Shown: positions 1 to 6,158 of the stretch, piece by piece
How the letters are laid out: every line of letters starts with the position of its first letter
Numbering within the stretch: position 1 is the first letter of the stretch
Assembly: GCA_030431525.1 (NCBI GenBank)
Contig: JAUIJC010000022.1
Coordinates: 14,637-78,636, forward strand
DNA from: Bacteroidia bacterium
GTDB lineage: Bacteria > Bacteroidota > Bacteroidia > Cytophagales > JAAEPT01
Direction of reading: 5' to 3'
Length of the DNA stretch: 64,000 nucleotides
Notes under the pieces: model-generated
The model's input: only the letters and a program-made list of their open reading frames with translations
Database searches by the model: none
Told to the model about the DNA's origin: nothing
Program-made: the position numbers and the translations under genes

Positions 1-6
1 GCTTCA

Positions 7-648
7 ATGGCCAAAAAGAATAAATTTTACGTCGTGTGGGAAGGGCGCTCAACGGGCGTCTTCAGCAGCTGGTGGGACTGCAAAAAGCAGGTGGACGGCT
101 ATTCAGCCAAGTACAAGGGATTCCCAACCAAGGCTGAGGCGGAAAAGGCATTTTTAGAAGGGCCAGAAAAGTATTGGGGCAAGGGTGGAAAAGCCAAGCC
201 CAAGATGAGCGCCGAGGAATTGAAAAAATACGGCAAGCCCGAACTCCACAGCATGTCCGTGGACGCCGCATGGAATTCTGTGAAAAAGGATATGGAATAC
301 CGTGGCGTGTACACCGACGGGGGCATGGAATTGTTCCGCATGGGGCCCTATCCCGACGGCACAAATAACGTGGGCGAGTTTTTGGCCTTGGTCCACGGCC
401 TGGCGCTGATGAAGCAAAGCAAGGACTTCAACTTTCCCATCATCTATTCCGACAGCCGGACAGCCATCTCATGGGTAAAAAACAAAAAGGCGAAAACCAC
501 CCTTGAGCGTACCCCCAAAAACGGGAAGCTTTTTGAGCTGATCGAACGGGCCGAAAAATGGCTCAAGTCAAATACCTATACCACCCAGATTCGAAAGTGG
601 GAAACAAAAGCCTGGGGGGAGATTCCTGCGGATTTTGGGAGGAAATAA
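7..648 (+). CDS. Type 1 ribonuclease H with N-terminal RNase H1/viroplasmin-type hybrid-binding domain
   Basis: ATG at 7. The N-terminus KFYVVWEGRSTGVF...AKYKGFPTKAEAEKAF is the RNase H1 N-terminal (Cauli_VI-like) signature. The C-terminal half carries the RNase H acidic residues in order (SVDAAW, NNVGEFLAL, IIYSDSR, EIPADFG). Confidence 0.85.
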   Translation: MAKKNKFYVVWEGRSTGVFSSWWDCKKQVDGYSAKYKGFPTKAEAEKAFLEGPEKYWGKGGKAKPKMSAEELKKYGKPELHSMSVDAAWNSVKKDMEYRGVYTDGGMELFRMGPYPDGTNNVGEFLALVHGLALMKQSKDFNFPIIYSDSRTAISWVKNKKAKTTLERTPKNGKLFELIERAEKWLKSNTYTTQIRKWETKAWGEIPADFGRK

Positions 649-663
649 GAAAAGTTCTATAAA

Positions 664-1182
664 ATGGAAGAAGCTATTCAAAGTAGAAACCCAATTGACA
701 TAGACTTAGGGCCCAATTGGGATGAAATATATTCTGGAATCTGCCTGAAGACTAATAATGAAATATTCATCCTAATGAACTTTAATGAAGAATTAAACCA
801 ATACAATGGTTTTTCCATCTTTAGAACTCAGGATATACAACAATATCGACTTTGGGAAAAAGAAGAAATAACATCCATCAAAAAGGATAACCATAAAACA
901 CTTCTTAACAGGTACCCTTGGGAAAAATGGAATTCCATTTATGATTGCTTAAACCATTTATCTAATACTGAATTAGTAGCCATTTTCACTAAGGAAGATA
1001 CTCACTCCTACTTTGTAGGAAGAATAGATCACATAAACCCAACTAGTCTTTCACTAGAGCCAATAGACAAAAATGCTAAATGGGTTAAAACAAGAACAAT
1101 TCCCTTGGAATCCATCATTTACGTAGGTTTTGATACGGAATATGAAAAACAACTGCTCTCCAAATCAAAACGGTCTGTCTGA
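664..1182 (+). CDS. Hypothetical protein (172 aa), no family recognised
   Basis: ATG ORF starting 15 nt after the RNase H stop. It is visibly more AT-rich than the RNase H gene. No motif I recognise. Confidence 0.5.
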   Translation: MEEAIQSRNPIDIDLGPNWDEIYSGICLKTNNEIFILMNFNEELNQYNGFSIFRTQDIQQYRLWEKEEITSIKKDNHKTLLNRYPWEKWNSIYDCLNHLSNTELVAIFTKEDTHSYFVGRIDHINPTSLSLEPIDKNAKWVKTRTIPLESIIYVGFDTEYEKQLLSKSKRSV

Positions 1183-1696
1183 TTCGACTTTTCCAATAAA
1201 AATTCAGTCGCTTGAATCCCTTGAATTCTCCATTGGAGCTTATGATTCTTGGCACTATAAAATCCGCTTAGAACACGATTTTGTGTGCTGGAGCTGTCAT
1301 GAGAATGGTGTACCCACACCCTCAATAAATGGTGAACAGACCCTCTCCCCTTCAAAAATAGAGCAGCTCATCTCCGAACTAAACGCCCTTGTGGTTATAG
1401 ACTGGAGTGAAGATTATCCTTCCGACACCTACGACGGAACAACCTGGTCACTATCCCTACATTATAATCAGGGGCAGTTTAAAACTTCCACAGGTCATGA
1501 TGATTGGCCAACGCCTGAGCACCCTCATTATCAGGAACCCATAAAGGATACCTTTTGGACATTTTTTCAAAATCTCCTTAAATCACCTAAGGAAAAACGC
1601 CTCAACCTTGACGACTCTAAAAAGTATTCTTTCAAACACTTCCTGAACCTCTTAAGGGATATTTCTGGAGATAATCATTTCTTGCTTGGCTATTGA
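1130..1696 (+). CDS. Hypothetical protein (188 aa), no family recognised
   Basis: ORF in a different frame that overlaps the previous ORF by 53 nt. The only Met codons are at 1130 and 1142. It is AT-rich and is followed by a strong terminator. It may be the 3' part of a frameshifted single gene. Confidence 0.45.
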   Translation: MIRNMKNNCSPNQNGLSDSTFPIKIQSLESLEFSIGAYDSWHYKIRLEHDFVCWSCHENGVPTPSINGEQTLSPSKIEQLISELNALVVIDWSEDYPSDTYDGTTWSLSLHYNQGQFKTSTGHDDWPTPEHPHYQEPIKDTFWTFFQNLLKSPKEKRLNLDDSKKYSFKHFLNLLRDISGDNHFLLGY

Positions 1697-1760
1697 CCTT
1701 GCCCCTTATTGATTAGCATTTTAACAAACAGACTCTGTCCGGAAAAAGAATACCTCAGAC

Positions 1761-1801
1761 AAAAAAATCCCTCTGCAATCATCTTGCAGAGGGATTTTTT
1801 T
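1761..1801. terminator. Bidirectional rho-independent terminator
   Basis: Stem AAATCCCTCTGCAA / TTGCAGAGGGATTT with a 5-nt loop, an A-run before and a T-run after. It lies between convergent genes. Confidence 0.8.
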
Positions 1802-1818
1802 GGTATTAAAGCAATCAA

Positions 1819-2514
1819 TTACTTGGCACCAGCCTCCACCAATGGGGCGATGTCCTTAGTAACGATAACGCCAGGAAGTTTCACCGGGGCAGCAACCTGC
1901 GCCAAGAATGTACCTTTCACCTCACCTTTCTTATAAGTCGTAAATCCTATACGGTAAAGTCCAGCCGTTAAGGCTTTCAACGGGTTGCTTGCTTCACTTT
2001 CATAACGCAACAAAGAGTTGTAGCTGCTTCCGCTTGGCTGCTTTGGCATCTCGCTGCTGTCGTCGTTGCGAGCAAGAATGTTCCACTCTGCTCCAGCGAT
2101 TTTGTCCTGAGAAATACCCTTCAAGCTTGTGATGTTTGACTTCTCCAACGTGATGTACGTATCAAAATACTCATCGGAAGAAGCGTTGGCCTCATAGTTA
2201 GAAGCCATAGTGGCATCCTTGATTTTCATGCCTCCAACTGGGGACATCATACGCACTCCCAACTCAGGAGCAACGGCAGGAACCCACACATAGATGTAGG
2301 TGAACTTTTTGCCGTCAACAATGGCATCCTCGGAATCCTTCTCGGCATAACCCAAATAGGAAACAACGTCGGTGTAAGGTACGCGAATGGTCTTCGGGCC
2401 TACTTGCTTGGTGATGGAGCTACCGAACTTGTCCAACTTGGCTTTTCCTGCTACGAATGCGCAGAGCGAAAGGGCAACCAATGCGATGGCTCCCAACTTT
2501 ACTGATTTTGACAT
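1819..2514 (-). CDS. Secreted/lipoprotein-like hypothetical protein (231 aa)
   Basis: ATG at 2514. Signal peptide MSKSVKLGAIALVALSLCAFVAG. No catalytic motif recognised. Confidence 0.65.
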   Translation of the reverse strand: MSKSVKLGAIALVALSLCAFVAGKAKLDKFGSSITKQVGPKTIRVPYTDVVSYLGYAEKDSEDAIVDGKKFTYIYVWVPAVAPELGVRMMSPVGGMKIKDATMASNYEANASSDEYFDTYITLEKSNITSLKGISQDKIAGAEWNILARNDDSSEMPKQPSGSSYNSLLRYESEASNPLKALTAGLYRIGFTTYKKGEVKGTFLAQVAAPVKLPGVIVTKDIAPLVEAGAK

Positions 2515-2643
2515 GATTGTCTGGTTGATTAAGAATGGTTAAAAATCAGGGCGCAATATAGAGGAAATAACCCCTATTGAAACCGTTAATTAGCAAACGG
2601 TTAAGAATCTCTGATAAGTGGTCTAATTCCGAAATAGGCCTAC

Positions 2644-3207
2644 TTAAAGCTTAAGGCTAAGACCCAAAGCCGCATAATTGGAGCCTAAGTCCACCAATCC
2701 ACTCATCGAATGGTTAAAATGGTACCTCCCTCCAAAATGGAGCGAGTACCATGGGTGAAATCGGGATTGCCCCACACCATACTCCTCACTTTTCTCAATG
2801 CCTTGAAGCGCCAAACCTCCGCTTACCGCACCGTAAAAATCCAACCGATGGTGCAGCCCAAGCAATTGGTCAAAATAGATATGCGCTTTCAATCCAACGG
2901 GAACTTGGTTATCCACATACCCGATAGTTGGCGCCAAGGTCAAATGCGGGGTCAGTTCCACCAATTCATAGTTCATCATCAGCGGAATATGATCGTATCC
3001 AAAATAGCCAGGCCCCACGCCGGCGTTTAACGTGCCTGCATACGCTCCCGAAATTGGATTTCTTTGCGCTGCCTGTTTGCGAGCAGTACTTGGTCTCTGG
3101 GCCAAGGCCTCATTGAGTGAACTACAACAAATCAAAAAGAGGGAAAGCAGGAACAACTTGGTTCCAGAAAAATAGTTGGTGGGGTTCAGTCCTTTGGTTA
3201 CATCCAT
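2644..3207 (-). CDS. Small outer-membrane beta-barrel protein (porin-family/OmpW-like size)
   Basis: Signal peptide ending ALAQ, Gly/aromatic-rich alternating segments, and C-terminal ..ALGLSLKL. It is distantly similar to the two downstream paralogs. Confidence 0.6.
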   Translation of the reverse strand: MDVTKGLNPTNYFSGTKLFLLSLFLICCSSLNEALAQRPSTARKQAAQRNPISGAYAGTLNAGVGPGYFGYDHIPLMMNYELVELTPHLTLAPTIGYVDNQVPVGLKAHIYFDQLLGLHHRLDFYGAVSGGLALQGIEKSEEYGVGQSRFHPWYSLHFGGRYHFNHSMSGLVDLGSNYAALGLSLKL

Positions 3208-3278
3208 GACTGAAAAACAAAAAGCTCGGTGAAAAAGGTTTCACTACACTCCTAATCACACCTCCTTAAAAAATAAAA

Positions 3279-3310
3279 AAGCCCTCCAGGAAAGAACTCC
3301 TGAAGGGCTT
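3279..3310 (-). terminator. Rho-independent terminator of gene 3338..3907
   Basis: Imperfect stem GCCCTCCAGGA / TCCTGAAGGGC. The A-run on the + side gives a T-run on the minus strand. Confidence 0.6.
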
Positions 3311-3337
3311 GGCAGACTCTTAACTAAAAGCGTCTTC

Positions 3338-3907
3338 TTACATCTTGAAGCTTAAGCCAATCGTTGAGATTCCTGTGGACAAATCCACATAGGCTGAAAG
3401 CTTATTATTGAAATGGTAACGAGCACCAATCATGGCATTCAGATACAACCATGATATGCCGCCATCATCATAATAATCGTTATCGTAATCATGATCCAAA
3501 TCACTGCCTCCCCAAATCGTGAGACCCAAAGCGCCACCTCCATAGACATCAAATTTGTCATTCAGGCCAAGTAAATCATCAAAATAATATTGACCTCTTA
3601 CACCCAAAGGTACATAGAAACGGCGGTGGTAATGCCCTTCGAAATAGGTGTTACCAACCCAATAATCACCGTGGCGAACCCTGTAAGTACCAAAACCAAC
3701 AAAGGGAGCCAACACAAAACTTGGTGCTACACCAATCTCATAGCTGGCCATCACAGGTACTCCTGACAAGCCCCCTCTAAACCCAACACCTACACCAAGA
3801 TTCAGCATGTTTCCTGGTTTTGAAGAAGAGCTTTTACGGCTTTGCGCTTGGGAGCCAAAGGCTACTGCGCTTACCAACAGAAAGGTATAAAGGATTCTTT
3901 TAAGCAT
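3338..3907 (-). CDS. Small outer-membrane beta-barrel protein, paralog A
   Basis: Signal peptide MLKRILYTFLLVSAVAFGSQAQ followed by SRKSSSSKPGNMLNLGVGVGF, ending STIGLSFKM. It is collinear with 4099..4617. Confidence 0.7.
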   Translation of the reverse strand: MLKRILYTFLLVSAVAFGSQAQSRKSSSSKPGNMLNLGVGVGFRGGLSGVPVMASYEIGVAPSFVLAPFVGFGTYRVRHGDYWVGNTYFEGHYHRRFYVPLGVRGQYYFDDLLGLNDKFDVYGGGALGLTIWGGSDLDHDYDNDYYDDGGISWLYLNAMIGARYHFNNKLSAYVDLSTGISTIGLSFKM

Positions 3908-4024
3908 AGTTTTTCAGTTTTGGGATTCTCGTGAAATTCGTGTTTTTGACAACAAAACCAATCCAAATTCATCAAAAACCTACATCCAATATTATCAACA
4001 CCACTACCCTTTACCCCCTATGCA

Positions 4025-4057
4025 CAAAAAAACCCGATGAGCAACCAACTCATCGGG
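4025..4057 (-). terminator. Rho-independent terminator of gene 4099..4617
   Basis: Stem CCCGATGAG / CTCATCGGG with a 7-nt loop. A-run at 4025-4032 gives a T-run on the minus strand. Confidence 0.7.
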
Positions 4058-4098
4058 CGAACCAATTAACCAACCGTATTCGGCAGTCACACAAAGAA

Positions 4099-4617
4099 TT
4101 ACATTTTGAAGCTTACGCCAATGGTGGACATGCCTGTGGACAAGTCCAAATAAGCGCCAAGGCTTGAATTGAAGTGGTAGCGCGCACCAATGTGAGCATC
4201 CAAATAGAGTCCCGTACTCCCACTCCACGAGTGGTCATCGTCATAGCCATCACCAGACCAGAAGGTTGTTCCCAAAGAACCACCACCATAGATATCCCAG
4301 CTGGAGTTCAGACCAAGTAGGTCATCAAAATAATACCTACCCATGGCCCCTACCGGAACATAAATGGCGCGATGATAATGGTCATTATGACGCCAGCGAT
4401 CCATACCAAAACCAATATATGGGGCAATTACGAGGTTAGGCGCAATACCAATTTCATAACTGGCCATCACAGGAATACCCCTGTATTTTCCATAGCCAAG
4501 ACCAACGCCAAGGTTCAAGGTATTCCCCGGCTTAGAAGAACTTTTACGGCTCTGCGCCTGGCTTCCAAAAACAACTGCACCTGCTACCAAACAGGTAAAT
4601 AGGATCTTTTTCAGCAT
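4099..4617 (-). CDS. Small outer-membrane beta-barrel protein, paralog B
   Basis: Signal peptide MLKKILFTCLVAGAVVFGSQAQ followed by SRKSSSKPGNTLNLGVGLGY, ending STIGVSFKM. It is a clear paralog of 3338..3907. Confidence 0.7.
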   Translation of the reverse strand: MLKKILFTCLVAGAVVFGSQAQSRKSSSKPGNTLNLGVGLGYGKYRGIPVMASYEIGIAPNLVIAPYIGFGMDRWRHNDHYHRAIYVPVGAMGRYYFDDLLGLNSSWDIYGGGSLGTTFWSGDGYDDDHSWSGSTGLYLDAHIGARYHFNSSLGAYLDLSTGMSTIGVSFKM

Positions 4618-4739
4618 AAAGATGATATTGATATTCTAATCAGGTTGCTGGCTTTTGCGATACAACTTCAGTTCGCATTTTTCCAACCTTGTGTCCAGCA
4701 TCAGCAACAAAACTGCCAACCTCCCGAAAACGTTCGTGT

Positions 4740-5123
4740 TCAAACAAAAAAAATCCTCCCTGAAGTGAATTTTTCAGGGAGGAATGGGGGCCGGACCTTG
4801 ATGGAAGGGATTGGGTGGATGGGTAGGATGCAGGATTGGGTGGGCAAATTATAATCCAAGGCTGTCACAAAAAACCACAGCCAGAACAACGCCCAAACTA
4901 ATCCTACAGCATTAAACCCTAAAAACCCCCTATTCCTTTCATACTGTTTCTTAAAGACCAAGCCCGCAGAAATCAATAATAGATTAACCGAAAAGGTCAT
5001 TGGAAATACAACCAACCCATACCCCATAGGACTTCGCAACAAATAAAAGCTCATGGGCAAAAAGTAGAGATTGGTTAATATCACAAGGGATGCGATGGTC
5101 CAATTAATAGTTTTGAGGTTCAT
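4740..5123 (-). CDS. Small three-helix membrane protein (hypothetical); 3' end is repeat-derived
   Basis: ATG at 5123 (MNLKTINWTIASLVILTNLYF..) followed by three hydrophobic helices. The last ~35 codons read through repeat E1 and a terminator hairpin. The ORF-track start at 5255 lies inside repeat E2. Confidence 0.5.
   Translation of the reverse strand: MNLKTINWTIASLVILTNLYFLPMSFYLLRSPMGYGLVVFPMTFSVNLLLISAGLVFKKQYERNRGFLGFNAVGLVWALFWLWFFVTALDYNLPTQSCILPIHPIPSIKVRPPFLPEKFTSGRIFFV
4746..4782 (-). terminator. Rho-independent terminator
   Basis: Stem CCTCCCTGAA / TTCAGGGAGG with an 8-nt loop. A-run at 4746-4753 gives a T-run on the minus strand. Confidence 0.65.
4793..4845. repeat. Repeat family E, copy E1 (GGACCTTGAT..GGATGGGTAGGATGCAGG)
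   Basis: About 50 nt, closely matching 5147..5196 in the same orientation. Boundaries are approximate. Confidence 0.75.
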
Positions 5124-5146
5124 GCCTTTACATATTTTCTTAGTCT

Positions 5147-5311
5147 GGACCTTGATTGATGGGATTAGTTGGATGGGTAGGATGCAGGGATTAGCTGAAC
5201 AGATTTTTCTTCTACAATGGCAGAATCCTAAAAATCCTCTCCATCCTTTAATCAAGGTCCAATGCCCCTTCTACGATTCCCAAAAATCCTCCACATCCAT
5301 TAATCACGGTC
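5147..5311. repeat. Repeat family E cluster (E2 direct copy plus two inverted arm copies)
   Basis: E2 at 5147-5196 matches E1. Inverted arms ..AATCCTCTCCATCCTTTAATCAAGGTCC (5224-5260) and ..AATCCTCCACATCCATTAATCACGGTCC (5282-5311) pair with it. The last arm supplies the final codons and the stop of mnmD. Confidence 0.7.
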
Positions 5312-5986
5312 CATTGTCCCCCGCGTCATCTCCCGTTTCCCCTTCGGACCATCCAGCATTTCCAGCTCAAAACCCAAGGCCTTCAGGTTCCTCTTAAACT
5401 GCCCATTAGCACAATAAGTCACCAATACACCACCTGATTTCAATTGATTTTTCACCTTTTCTAACTGCTCCAAGGTCCACATATCCGCCTGACGACTTGG
5501 TGCAAAGGCATCGAAATAAACCAAGTCCACCTGATTGTTTAGACCAGACCAATCTTCCAATTTTTGGTGGATTTTATGAAGCGTGAATTGCTCGTTAAGG
5601 GGGATTTCCTGATTCCATTCGGCGGAGTGCATCGCCTCAAAAAATGGCTGTGCGCCTTCAAAATCTGCCAGCTCAGGATAATTCAATTGGGTGGCGATTT
5701 CCTGTGGAACAAGATAGGCCTCCAAACTATGATAGGCCAAAGAAACTTCTGGATGGGCTTTCAAATACTCATAGCTGAGCAAGGCATTCAGACCTGTTCC
5801 AAAACCAATCTCCAAGATGGAAATGTCCTGCTTTCCCTGCTCCACTAAGTGGGCCAAACCCGCCTGCACAAACACATGACGTGATTCCTGCACGGCGCCA
5901 TGGGTAGAATGATAGGTTTCATTTAATGACGGTACAAAAAGGGTGTGGGAACCGTCGTCGGACTTGATGACTTGAATTTCGGACAT
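5300..5986 (-). CDS. mnmD: tRNA 5-methylaminomethyl-2-thiouridine methyltransferase, MnmD-type (MnmC SAM-dependent methyltransferase domain, stand-alone)
   Basis: ATG at 5986 (MSEIQVIKSDDGSHTLF). Motifs ETYHS..GA..E..HVF, SAM motif ILEIGFGTGLN, and DLVYFDAFAP..(Q)..MW. The ORF-track GTG start at 6037 lies inside repeat B1. Confidence 0.8.
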   Translation of the reverse strand: MSEIQVIKSDDGSHTLFVPSLNETYHSTHGAVQESRHVFVQAGLAHLVEQGKQDISILEIGFGTGLNALLSYEYLKAHPEVSLAYHSLEAYLVPQEIATQLNYPELADFEGAQPFFEAMHSAEWNQEIPLNEQFTLHKIHQKLEDWSGLNNQVDLVYFDAFAPSRQADMWTLEQLEKVKNQLKSGGVLVTYCANGQFKRNLKALGFELEMLDGPKGKREMTRGTMDRD

Positions 5987-6033
5987 GGGATTGGGGTCAA
6001 AATGACAATCCCACAAAATTAGGGAGTCGAGGT

Positions 6034-6050
6034 TCACCTGCCAACAGCTG
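6034..6050. repeat. Repeat family B, half copy B1 (TCACCTGCCAACAGCTG)
   Basis: Matches the left arm of B2 and B3. The right arm is absent and it abuts repeat A1. Confidence 0.6.
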
Positions 6051-6064
6051 GAAGCTTGAGAATT

Positions 6065-6118
6065 TCAACCCCACCTCTGTCCTCCCCTTATCCAAGGGGA
6101 GGACAGAGGTGGGGTTGA
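6065..6118. repeat. Repeat family A, short form A1: 54-bp perfect palindrome
   Basis: The 25-nt arm TCAACCCCACCTCTGTCCTCCCCTT, the loop ATCC, and the exact reverse complement. It lies just downstream of the TonB-dependent receptor stop and may double as its terminator. Confidence 0.9.
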
Positions 6119-6158
6119 CCCAGAATTTGGGAGCTCCAATATTAAATTCACGCACTTC

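Noticed and set aside
3931-4228. 78-aa (+) and 74-aa (-) ORFs around the spacer between the barrel paralogs
   Set aside because: They read through a terminator hairpin and into, or antisense to, the paralog CDS. No motif is present.
5124-6037. ORF-track N-terminal extensions (5255, 6037, and likewise 8627, 11685, 16019, 20516, 20548, 35108, 58041, 58144, 59231, 62700)
   Set aside because: The extensions start at TTG/GTG or upstream ATG codons. They translate intergenic repeats or hairpins, or sit upstream of an obvious signal peptide or conserved N-terminus. I used downstream ATG starts instead.
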